Assembly: GCA_963749495.1 (NCBI GenBank)
Contig: CAVVMW010000006.1
Span: 32,001 to 96,000 of the forward strand
From: an uncultured bacterium
GTDB taxonomy: Bacteria; Verrucomicrobiota; Verrucomicrobiia; Limisphaerales; UBA8199
Length of the DNA: 64,000 nucleotides
Direction of reading: 5' to 3'
The first letter of the stretch is position 1, and the number at the start of each line of letters is the position of its first letter. This document shows, piece by piece, positions 1-8,605 of this stretch. The notes under the pieces were generated by a model. The model saw only the letters and a list, made by a program, of their open reading frames with translations. It had not been told where the DNA came from and ran no database searches. Position numbers and translations under genes: made by a program.

Positions 1-823
1 GGACTCCGAGGAAATCGACCGCCATGGCGATCGTGCGGACTACCGAGGGTGAGATCCACGAGGGACAGGAGATGAGTTCGAGCAGGAGGGCTTCGAGGAC
101 GCTGGCCATCTGGGTGAGGCGGTAACACTCAGCCACGCGGGCTGCCACGGTCAGAAAGTGAACTTTGGTATAGACAGTCCCGAGCAGGAGACGGCGCCCG
201 GCGTCATTCCGGACCGTATGAAAGGCATGGAAGAGGCTCCGCAGAGCGGACAAGGTTGCGGGGCCTCTTTCAAGGAAGTTCTCGCGGACTTTGGCCATGT
301 CTCGAGTCTCGGCCTGGCTCTCCGGCGGGAGCAACTGCCTTGTGCCAGCACCTGTGGGAGAGGGGCTGGGTGCGGCTCTGGGTGAGGGCGCGGGTGCTCC
401 GGACGGCTCGGCGGCGGGGGCGCGCGCCAATTGTGTTCCCCCTCCGCTTGTGTCTTCGCCGTTGAGCAGGCGGTTGAGGGTTTCAGCCATGATCGCCGGG
501 GTGCAGTCGACCTTGATCAAGGCCTTGTCCGCTCCGGCGGCCGCAGCCTCGCCAGCCCTGTTGGCCATGTAGGCGTTGGAGAGGACTACCACAGGCACTT
601 TGGCCAGATCGGGCTGGGAACGGACGTATTTGAGCAAGTCGAGGCCGGAGAATCTTGGCATCATCAAATCCAGCACAATGGCGTCCGGTTTGGCCTTTTG
701 CAGAGATGTGGCCGCGGCCAGACCGTCTTCCGCCCTATCCACCTCGAATCCCCGGAGTCGCAGTCCGTCCCCATAGATCCGCAACACGAGCGGATCGTCA
801 TGAACCAATAGGATTCGTCTCAT
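1..823 (-). CDS. Response regulator (REC domain + Pro/Ala linker + helical HPt-like region); runs off left edge
   Basis: Manual translation from ATG at 823: MRRILLVHDDPLVLRIYGDGLRLRGFEVDRAEDGLAA...KPDAIVLDLMMPRFSGLDLL...VPVVVLSNA (CheY-like motifs). No stop before position 1, so absent from the ORF track. Confidence 0.85.
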   Translation of the reverse strand, partial: MRRILLVHDDPLVLRIYGDGLRLRGFEVDRAEDGLAAATSLQKAKPDAIVLDLMMPRFSGLDLLKYVRSQPDLAKVPVVVLSNAYMANRAGEAAAAGADKALIKVDCTPAIMAETLNRLLNGEDTSGGGTQLARAPAAEPSGAPAPSPRAAPSPSPTGAGTRQLLPPESQAETRDMAKVRENFLERGPATLSALRSLFHAFHTVRNDAGRRLLLGTVYTKVHFLTVAARVAECYRLTQMASVLEALLLELISCPSWISPSVVRTIAMAVDFLGV

Positions 824-995
824 AGGCCTTCTCAACCAAGCGCCCCACGTCTGCGCAGACTACGGTCCCCAGGCGCGCGCCGCAAGCTCAAAAGCCTCCG
901 CCCAGCACGGCCGGCGCGGGCTATGTTCTTGAAGAATATCTGGCATGAGTCGCAAGTTACTCGTAATCAATGTATTATAATATACACTATTTCTA

Positions 996-1023
996 TTGAC
1001 ATTCTTATGTTTTTGGCTAGGGT
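996..1023 (+). promoter_or_regulatory. Putative sigma70 promoter of yezD
   Basis: TTGACA (996-1001), 16-nt spacer, TAGGGT, in an AT-rich stretch about 25 nt upstream of ATG 1049. Confidence 0.5.
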
Positions 1024-1048
1024 GCTCTCATCAAAGCTGCCAAAGCAC

Positions 1049-1270
1049 ATGAACTCAGAAACCAAAAGCGAACAGGCCGAGCCGAGTTGGTTTGTGGTCC
1101 TCAGGGGCCAAATCGAGTCGCTGCGGTTCGGCACGGTGCAGGTCGTGGTGCATGAATCACGAGTCGTGCAAATCGAGAAGACCGAGAAGGTGCGCTTCGT
1201 TAAATCCGGAGGGAACCTCTCGACGAACACTGCCGAGAGCGTTCATAGAGCCCCAAGCAATAGAGAATAA
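1049..1270 (+). CDS. yezD: YezD/DUF2292 family small protein
   Basis: QIESLRFGTVQVVVHESRVVQIEKTEKVRF matches the DUF2292 pattern; ATG at 1049. Confidence 0.85.
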   Translation: MNSETKSEQAEPSWFVVLRGQIESLRFGTVQVVVHESRVVQIEKTEKVRFVKSGGNLSTNTAESVHRAPSNRE

Positions 1271-1275
1271 AACCT

Positions 1276-1543
1276 ATGCCAATATATCCCGATGTGATCA
1301 GCACCGTGGGGCGTGCCCCGCTGATTGAGCAACGAGGACGCAATCGCCACCGCGCGGCGGCTGGCTTTGGAAGAAGGGATTTTGGCCGGCATTTCCACGG
1401 GCGCCAACGTTTGGGCGGCGCTGCAAGTGGCCGGGCGTCTGGAGAATAAAGGCAAGCTGATTGTGACGATCGGCTGCAGCACTGGCGAGCGTTACCTGAG
1501 GACCGCGCTGGCTGACGAAGCCCGCAAGCAGGTGTCCGTGTAA
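1276..1543 (+). pseudogene. cysK: Cysteine synthase remnant with large internal deletion
   Basis: N-terminus [17 protein letters not shown] (ATG 1276) is joined out of frame at about 1326 to the C-terminus [31 protein letters not shown]...STGERYL. The PLP-lysine region is absent. Confidence 0.85.
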
Positions 1544-1558
1544 ACCGGTCGCGCATAC

Positions 1559-1752
1559 GAGCGCGGACGCCTCGTCCGCGCGTCCCGGGCGGCAAGAGAC
1601 ACGCGGACGAGGCGTCCAAGCTCCCATGCGGCGGCGCTCCTCTCCATGAACCGACACCAAGTCCGGAGGTTTTGGACTGCGGCAGTCCTCTGCCGCTTTC
1701 GCGCCGGCAGCGAGGGGACACAAAAGCGGCAGAGGACTGCCGCAGTCCAAAA
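1559..1752. repeat. Two REP/REPIN-like palindromes
   Basis: Imperfect inverted repeat 1559-1580/1602-1623 (GGACGCCTCGTCCGCG core); perfect 30-bp inverted repeat 1670-1699/1723-1752 (TTTTGGACTGCGGCAGTCCTCTGCCGCTTT). Confidence 0.8.
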
Positions 1753-1859
1753 CGCTTCGCGGGACGGGAACGCAGTGTCGAGGTTCAGGGGCGCAAAGCG
1801 CGAATTCGTTCCGGGAATTCTTACAGCGACCTGAACAGTTATGAACTCTTTACAACCCC

Positions 1860-1927
1860 ACCAGGCAACTGGAGGCCGAAGCTAAACACAAGAACCCGAA
1901 TAACCAAGCTGACCGGACCACCGGAGG
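1860..1927 (+). promoter_or_regulatory. Two tandem mini-hairpins A-CCRG-N4-CYGG-AGG in the DUF3034 leader
   Basis: ACCAG-GCAA-CTGG-AGG (1860-1875) and ACCGG-ACCA-CCGG-AGG (1912-1927). Confidence 0.5.
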
Positions 1928-1957
1928 TCCATATTGTTCACCATCAAATGAGACCTC

Positions 1958-2976
1958 ATGCAGACCGACAAACTTGACCGAATCAACGACCACACTGGGC
2001 CTCGAAATTTCCCGGCGGCGCGGGTATGGGCTGCGCTGTTGCTGGCAGCGCTGCCCATTGCCCGCGTAGCGGCTCAAGAGACCAACGCGGCCCCGTCGCA
2101 ACCTCCAGTCGAAGCCAAGACGGAAAAGGGACCGCCGCTGCCTCTGCACCAGATTGAAGGCAATGGCGGTATCTTCTCGACACTCTCGGCGTATATCGTG
2201 AACCCGCCGCGCAACGGGGAACCCATAGGCCGGCCCAGCGTGGGCTTTGCCTTCGTCGATCTCGGCAACGGGCGGAACCTGGAGGCCTTCACGTTAACCG
2301 AGTCTCCGTGGAAGCCCCTGGAGCTGGGCTATGCCTATGACCGGTTGGATCTCGGGGACTTGCCGCAGGCGATTGAACATGCCACCACGGTGCGGATTCG
2401 CGACCGGGAGGTGGCCCTGCACAACTTCAACGCCCGGCTGCAATTCTTGAAAGAGGGCGAGTTCGACCGGAAGTGGATTCCGGCGCTCACGGCCGGAGCG
2501 CACTACAAGTACAACGACGGAACGCAACGCATCGACCACGACCTGGGCGGCGCGTTGAACGCGGCGGGGATCACCGGGCATGACGCCGCCGATTTCACAC
2601 TCTATGCCTCCAAGCTCTTCACCCAATTGCCGCGGCCGGTCCTGCTCGAAGCAGGCGGCCGGGCCACCAAAGGAGTCTGGAACGGTCTGGGCGGGTTCAC
2701 GGATGATTACAGCCTCCTGTTCGAGGGCAACGTGGTGGTCTTCGTCACCCCCAAGCTCGCCCTAGCGGCCGAATACCGGCAGCAACCCAACGACTACAAG
2801 CCGATCATCGTCGGCGGCAGCCCATGGTGGGCCGGTCGGGCGACTGGTGGACCATCGACGCCGCATATATCGTCAACAACTACCTGACGCTGGCCGCCGG
2901 CTATGGCCACTTCGGCGGCGTTCTCAATCACGACGCCAACGCCGTGTGGGGTATCACCATCAAGTGCGAGTTTTAA
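1958..2976 (+). CDS. DUF3034 family putative outer-membrane beta-barrel (frameshift near 2820)
   Basis: Signal-peptide-like segment, PLPLHQIEGNGGIFST motif, amphipathic strands. The shifted frame continues DWWTIDAAYIVNNYLTLAAGYGHFGGVLNH...ITIKCEF, ending in Phe (TAA 2974-2976). Confidence 0.75.
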
Positions 2977-3177
2977 GCCACCGCAACTTCCTGGCCATAA
3001 GAGGCGGGTTCGAGCGGGCCGGCCTCGGTTCGTATCAACCATAACAAAGTCCTGATTAAAGACGACAACACCAGGCCAGGAAGACCTGTGTCCGGGTTGT
3101 GAACAAAAGTTCGATTGTCGTGGGCGAAGGCAAAAGCAAGCACGACACGATTACGCCCTTGCTGCCGGCATTTTTTT

Positions 3178-3203
3178 TGAGGGGTCTTGATGGGCGCGGC
3201 GTA
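3178..3203 (+). promoter_or_regulatory. Putative ECF sigma promoter 1 (TGAGGG-N16-CGTA)
   Basis: TGAGGGgtcttgatgggcGCGGCGTA, 50 nt upstream of the DUF3347 gene; same spacing as copies at 5361 and 24286. Confidence 0.75.
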
Positions 3204-3252
3204 TTAAGGACAGTTGAACACGCACAACAAAGTCAAAATGCTGAAGAAACAT

Positions 3253-3869
3253 ATGAAATTAGAAATCTCCCCAGTTCTGCTGATTACCGCAATGGCTCTG
3301 GCGGCAGCGCCGGCCGTGTATGCCCAAGGCTGCTGCGCTGGCCAGGGCGGCAACCAAACTGCCGGGTGCTCCATGCCCGGGATGGCGGCAGCCGGCAACC
3401 CCGAGGCGCATGGCGCGACAACAAAGGCAAACTCTGCTGCGAAACCGGTGTTTATGCAGCCGGTGCAGTCCGTCTATGACCACTACATCACCGTACAGGG
3501 GCCCTCGCTCAGGATTCACTTAAGGGGGTCGCCGCCGCGGCTGCCGCGATGGCAAAGGCAATCCAAGGCGATTCGATGAAAATGCTCTCGCCTAAGGTGG
3601 CGCAGCAGGCCGAGGCGCTGGCAAAAGCAAGAGACCTCGCCACCGCGCGAGATGCCTTCAAATCGTTGAGTGACTCGCTGATCCAGTATGTAAAAGAGCA
3701 GAAGGTTCCGGCGGGCGCATACTACGTGGCCTACTGCCCGATGGCCAAGGCCAGTTGGCTGCAGACGGACAAGACCATCATGAATCCTTACATGGGGAAG
3801 GGGATGATCCACTGCGGCCAGATCAAAGAGCTGAAAAGCAGGACTCAATCATGTGCATTTAGCAACTGA
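3253..3869 (+). CDS. DUF3347 domain periplasmic protein (frameshift near 3500)
   Basis: Signal peptide and Cys/Met-rich N-terminus, then YDHYITVQ...ARDAFKSLS...YCPMAKASWLQTDKTIMNPYMGKGMIHCG, typical of DUF3347. Confidence 0.8.
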
Positions 3870-3940
3870 CTTGGCGCGTTCGGTGGGCCGCTTCCCCTCG
3901 GGCTCCGCTCCCCTCCCCGGCGGCCCGCCGGCACGCTTGA

Positions 3941-4894
3941 GTGCAAACCGCCCAACTCATGTCCACTGCCCACGAGCCAAATACTCCGCCATCCGGCGAA
4001 ACCGAGTGTTGCAGGCGTGAAGGGAGTGACCGCGCAAGAAAACCGGGCGTGGCACTTCGGAAGCCCCGACGCTGGTTCGTGCTCGCAGGCGGTTTAGGGG
4101 TGCTGCTGGCGCTGGCATTTCGGGGGCCTCTCCAGTGGAAATGCACAGCCTATTTTCTCCTGCGTTCAGAGGCTCCCTCCGAAGAGGTCCTTTCAGACGC
4201 CGTCGAGCACGCAAGCGACCCGGGGGCGTTGCTGAGGCAGTTCTGGCACACTCACCGATTGCGCCATCGGGAGTTTGTGCTCGGCTATCTGAGCCGGGTT
4301 TCGTCAAGCAAGCCGGACCTGTTCCGCGAGATGGAGCCGCTGGTCGTAGAGGCAACGGCAGATCCGGATGCCGAAGTGCGGCAACTGGCATTTGTGGCGT
4401 TGGAATGGGTCAATCACCCGCAACTCCGCCAATTGGCGATGGAACAACTGTCCGACGCAGATCCCGCGCTGCGACTCCTCGGCCTGCAAAGGCTGCTCCG
4501 AGCAGCCACCTCGAATGATGTGCCGCTAGCCATGGGATTATTGGGAGATCCGGAACCGCGTGTCGTGGTGGCGGCGGCCCAGGTGTTGCGCCGGGTGACG
4601 GGCCGGGACTTTGGCATCAAGACTACCCATGCCCTGCCCCAGTTCACTTGCATCGACACGAATCCTCCACCTGCGCCGGATCTGCCGGCCATCAACCAGG
4701 GCGTCCAGCGGTGGCGTGATTGGTGGACCGGCCACCGGGCGGAATACCCCGCAGGGCCTTCGACACCGCCAGGACCGAGGCGCGTCGCGCCATTCCCAGC
4801 ACCCGATTTCAGCCTGGAGGATTCGGGCGGCAAACCGAGGCGCCTCGAGGCTGATGAAGCCCATCACCTCCTCCGAGGACCTCGTTGGGCTTAA
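3941..4894 (+). CDS. Membrane-anchored HEAT-repeat protein, C-terminally truncated at the start of a redoxin-like domain
   Basis: One TM segment and HEAT-like repeats (DPDAEVRQLA, DADPALRLLG, DPEPRVVVAAA). APDFSLEDSGGK resembles a TlpA/redoxin start, after which the similarity stops. Confidence 0.6.
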   Translation: MQTAQLMSTAHEPNTPPSGETECCRREGSDRARKPGVALRKPRRWFVLAGGLGVLLALAFRGPLQWKCTAYFLLRSEAPSEEVLSDAVEHASDPGALLRQFWHTHRLRHREFVLGYLSRVSSSKPDLFREMEPLVVEATADPDAEVRQLAFVALEWVNHPQLRQLAMEQLSDADPALRLLGLQRLLRAATSNDVPLAMGLLGDPEPRVVVAAAQVLRRVTGRDFGIKTTHALPQFTCIDTNPPPAPDLPAINQGVQRWRDWWTGHRAEYPAGPSTPPGPRRVAPFPAPDFSLEDSGGKPRRLEADEAHHLLRGPRWA

Positions 4895-5162
4895 AAACGG
4901 CGATATGGTCGCGATGGCCTGTCCCAAGTGCAAAACCATCACGGTGACCTACATCAAAACCTTGAAGGGCCACATCAAGACAACCACGCCGGGCGAGGAA
5001 CACCTGTGTCCGGGCTGCGAGCAGAAGTTCGTGGTCGTCGGTGAGGGCAAAGGGAAACACAACGTTGTCACGCACGTCTGTAAGAAGTGCGGCAGCACGG
5101 ACGCGTTCTGCTGCGTAATGAAGAAGGACTCCGGGCCGACTAAAGGGATGGAGCAAAAGTAG
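4850..5162 (+). pseudogene. C-terminal part of a Cys-rich putative metal-binding protein (5' end apparently lost)
   Basis: ACPKCK, HLCPGC, HVCKKCG and FCC motifs; begins abruptly at the junction with the HEAT gene. Confidence 0.55.
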
Positions 5163-5360
5163 TCTCCTCCATCATACCTCGCGGATCAGGACCCGCCCGT
5201 GGTCGCTGCCAGGCGGCGGCGACCACGGCGTGGGGCTGTCTTTGCTTGTGCGCTCGGGGGCGCTCTTTGTGCCCCGCCGATCAAGCAGGACCATCCGGGC
5301 GTGGCGGACCGTTGCGTCTCGCGCGGCAGCTCGGTCTTGACCTAGCCTTTTCAAATTGCC

Positions 5361-5386
5361 TGAGGGAACCCGCGCTCGGCGGCGTA
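5361..5386 (+). promoter_or_regulatory. Putative ECF sigma promoter 2 (TGAGGG-N16-CGTA)
   Basis: TGAGGGaacccgcgctcgGCGGCGTA immediately upstream of the tolC-cusBA operon. Confidence 0.75.
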
Positions 5387-5399
5387 ACAACAAAAGACG

Positions 5400-6041
5400 A
5401 TGGAGAATATGAATACTCTCAGACCGAATCGCATCCCGGTGGTTCTTGGCGCTCTTGCCCTGACCTGGTTCCTTGCAGGGTGCAAAGGGGTTCCGACCAA
5501 GGGGGAAAAAGAGGCCCGGCACCAGGCGCAAACCGTGGCCGCGGATTATCGGCCGCATGGCCAAAAGCCCCCGCTGCCGGCGCTGAACAGCGATTCGAGC
5601 CTCAGCAATTATCTGGCGTTTGCCATGCTCAATCAGCCGAAGGTCGAGATGGCTTACTACGATTGGCTGGCGTCCATTGAGCGCATCGCGCAGGCGCGGT
5701 CGTTCCCCGACCCGCAGTTCACCTTCCAGATGGATATTCAGAACGTCGTCACTTCGATCATGCCCGGCCTTATGGGGACCATCCCCTGGCCGGACAAACT
5801 CCGGGTGGGAGCGCAAATTGCCTCGGCGGAAAGCCAGGCCAAATACTTTGCGTTTCAATCGGCCGTTCTCGGGAGCGCGTTCGAGGTGAAGCGCGCCTAT
5901 TATCAGCTCTATTTCCTGGCGGAGCTGTCATTGATCATCCAAGGCATGCCGCCAGCCAATGCGCCGATGGGGTCGAGTGCCGCGCGAATGAGTCGCGAAA
6001 CCCAGCCTTCCATGAAGAAAGCGAATCCTGGCGGCATGTAA
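5400..6041 (+). pseudogene. TolC/CusC-like outer-membrane factor with in-frame internal deletion
   Basis: Lipobox FLAGC and OMF N-terminal motifs (AMLNQPKVE, ARSFPDPQF, EVKRAYYQLYFL), then a jump to a C-terminal-like LAELSLIIQG. Only 213 aa, about half the usual length. Confidence 0.75.
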
Positions 6042-6067
6042 CGGCACGCAAACCACACTTGATTTTT

Positions 6068-8044
6068 ATGAAATTCCAAACCCAACCTGCAAGACTCGTT
6101 TCCCTATCCATGCTGGTATTGGCGCTCGCAAGCGGGGCGAGCCTGCTGCTGACGGGGTGCAACCGCAGCCAAACCAGTGCGGCAACCGGAGAGGCGACGA
6201 AGGAAAAGACCCTTTACACTTGCGGGATGCACCCCCGGGTCGTGCAGGACAAACCAGGCAACTGCCCGATTTGCGGGATGAGGCTCACAGCCATTCGCAA
6301 GCAGGCCGGCGCCTCGAGCGCCGCAGCGGCACCGTCCGGTGAGCGCAAAATCAAGTACTACAAATCCACCATGGCCCCAGGCGAAGTGCGACCAACGCCT
6401 GGTAAAGACAGCATGGGCATGGACATGGTGGCGGTGTATGAGGAGGAAGCTGCCGCGGCAGAATCATCCGCCATCGCGATTGACCCGGTAACCACGCAGA
6501 ACATGGGTATCCGGACCACCAATGTCACCCGCGGGCCGTTGCAACGGACCATCCGCACCGTTGGCACCATTGATTACAACGAGACGGCACTGGCTGACGT
6601 GACCACGAAATTCAAGGGCTGGATCGAGAAGCTCTACGTCGATGCCACAGGCCAGCAGGTGCATCGCGGCGACCCTTTGTTCGAAGTTTATTCGCCCGAG
6701 CTTTACAGCGCCCAGCGGGAGTATTTGCTGACGCTGGAGCAAGGAACCAATGCGAGCGGCGGGTCTGCGCTCAAGACCAGCGCCCGGACCAAGCTGAAAT
6801 TCTTCGATATTTCGGACGAGCAAATCGCCGAGCTGGAAAAGACCGGACAACCCCGGAAGACGCTGCGCATCCAGGCCCCGATCGACGGCTTCGTGATCGA
6901 TAAGATGGTGGTCGCGGGTCAGATGGTGGATCCGGGAATGAAGATGTACCGCCTGGGGGACCTTGGGCTCGTTTGGGTGCACGCGCAAGTCTATGAACAG
7001 GACCTCGCCTACATCAAATTGGGTCAGGAGGCGACCGTCACGCTCTCCTACCTGTCCGACCGCGAGTTTCGTGGGCGGGTGACCTACATCTATCCGAACG
7101 TGGATGAGAAGACGCGCACCGCCCAAGTGAGAATGGAGTTTCACAACCCCGGGTTCTTCCTGAAGCCGGGCATGTTCGCCACGGTCCAAGTGATCTCGGA
7201 ATTGGAGCCTTCGGCGCTCCTGATACCCGACATGGCCATCTTGCGCAGCGGGGAAAAGAACACCGTTTTCGTCGCTTTGGATGGCGGTACATTCGAGCCC
7301 CGCTCGGTCACGCTCGGTCCACAAGCCGAGAACGACACCTATCAGGTCCTCAGCGGGCTGAAGGAGGGCGAGCACATCGTCACGTCCGGCCAATTCATGC
7401 TCGACTCGGAAAGCCAGCTCCGCGAAGCCATCCAGAAAATGCTCCAGCCCAAAAAGCCCGGAGCAGAACCAACTGCCGCTCAAGGCTCCACCGGGACAAC
7501 CATGCATGCGATGGATCATGAAGCGGTGGCCACCACCGCCTCGTCCGGGGAGGCCGCCGTCCTGAAATACATCTGCCCGATGCCCGAGCACGTATCCATC
7601 GAATACGATCATCCTGGGAAATGCCCCATCTGCGGCATGACGCTCGTGCCCGTGTCCGGCGCCACGCTGAAGAAACTGCAGCCGGGCGGAAAGCTGCTTT
7701 ACTACACATGCCCCATGCCCGAACACAGCGAAGTTCACGAGACCAAACCGGGCAAGTGCCCCAAGTGCGGCATGACGCTTATTCCAGTGATGGAAGCGGC
7801 GCCGGTTCCCGAACCGCAGGCCGGTTCTGCAGCCATCCCCTCCACGCTCTACACCTGCCCGATGGAAGTCCACGCCGACGTCGTGTCTGACCAGCCTGGC
7901 AAATGCCCCAAGTGCGGGATGGACCTCGTGCCGACCAGCACCGTGCCGCATGGCAAAATCTCGGAGGAAACCTGGCGCAAGCAGCACTCCACAGGCTCTG
8001 GCGCCCGGGCCGTCAGTGGGCCTGAACATCAACACCAACCCTAA
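6068..8044 (+). CDS. cusB: CusB-type RND periplasmic adaptor with five heavy-metal-binding domains
   Basis: MFP core (GWIEKLYV, YSPELYSAQREYL, LKPGMFA, SGQFMLDSES) plus YTCGMHP..CPICGM, YYKSTM..DSMGMDM and three C-terminal YxCPM..H..PGKCPxCGM repeats. Confidence 0.9.
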   Translation: MKFQTQPARLVSLSMLVLALASGASLLLTGCNRSQTSAATGEATKEKTLYTCGMHPRVVQDKPGNCPICGMRLTAIRKQAGASSAAAAPSGERKIKYYKSTMAPGEVRPTPGKDSMGMDMVAVYEEEAAAAESSAIAIDPVTTQNMGIRTTNVTRGPLQRTIRTVGTIDYNETALADVTTKFKGWIEKLYVDATGQQVHRGDPLFEVYSPELYSAQREYLLTLEQGTNASGGSALKTSARTKLKFFDISDEQIAELEKTGQPRKTLRIQAPIDGFVIDKMVVAGQMVDPGMKMYRLGDLGLVWVHAQVYEQDLAYIKLGQEATVTLSYLSDREFRGRVTYIYPNVDEKTRTAQVRMEFHNPGFFLKPGMFATVQVISELEPSALLIPDMAILRSGEKNTVFVALDGGTFEPRSVTLGPQAENDTYQVLSGLKEGEHIVTSGQFMLDSESQLREAIQKMLQPKKPGAEPTAAQGSTGTTMHAMDHEAVATTASSGEAAVLKYICPMPEHVSIEYDHPGKCPICGMTLVPVSGATLKKLQPGGKLLYYTCPMPEHSEVHETKPGKCPKCGMTLIPVMEAAPVPEPQAGSAAIPSTLYTCPMEVHADVVSDQPGKCPKCGMDLVPTSTVPHGKISEETWRKQHSTGSGARAVSGPEHQHQP

Positions 8045-8295
8045 AGCTTATTGTACTCCTCATGCGTACCAATCCAGATCCAGCGGAACCTGTCGGGCGC
8101 GATGAACACGCCTGTCGCCCGATAGTGAAGCCCTACGCGAACGGACCAAAGCTGCCGCTTAAACGGCTTGAAATGCAGCGACGGATGCTGCGGGTCAGCA
8201 AGCCAGAGCCGGTAATTCTTTTCGGCCAACCGCTGCACTTCTGTTGGCAGCCGATAGAAGCGCTCCCGGAATTCCGGCGAGGTCGTCGATCTCAT
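8041..8295 (-). CDS. RelE/ParE-superfamily toxin
   Basis: 84 aa; DPQHPSLHFKP, WSVRVGLHYRA, WIWIGTHEEYNKL. Confidence 0.8.
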   Translation of the reverse strand: MRSTTSPEFRERFYRLPTEVQRLAEKNYRLWLADPQHPSLHFKPFKRQLWSVRVGLHYRATGVFIAPDRFRWIWIGTHEEYNKL

Positions 8296-8506
8296 TCCCG
8301 GGGTCGCGGAAACTCCCGACTGTTTTCTCTCGCTCGCAACGCTCGGCTTCTTGGATCATCCAGTCCAGCTTGCCCGCCTGTGCGTCCGCCCGCATCTGCT
8401 TGTCCCACTCATCGTCGGGCAGCGGGTTCAGCAGTGCGTTCAGTTCACAGCGTTCCTGGAACGAGAGCTTATCGATCTCGGCCTTGATTTCTTCGACTTT
8501 CGTCAT
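8195..8506 (-). CDS. Putative antitoxin (true 3' end probably near 8290)
   Basis: MTKVEEIKAEIDKLSFQERCEL...EWDKQMRADAQAGKLD, directly upstream of the toxin. The 100-nt read-through into the toxin suggests an indel. Confidence 0.7.
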   Translation of the reverse strand: MTKVEEIKAEIDKLSFQERCELNALLNPLPDDEWDKQMRADAQAGKLDWMIQEAERCEREKTVGSFRDPGNEIDDLAGIPGALLSAANRSAAVGRKELPALAC

Positions 8507-8605
8507 GCAACACACCATAGCTTCCCGACTGCTGGCGGTCAACGTTCCAATCCATCAATCCAATTCTCCATCATTCCATCACTCCATCACTCCACGCGGC
8601 TCACT

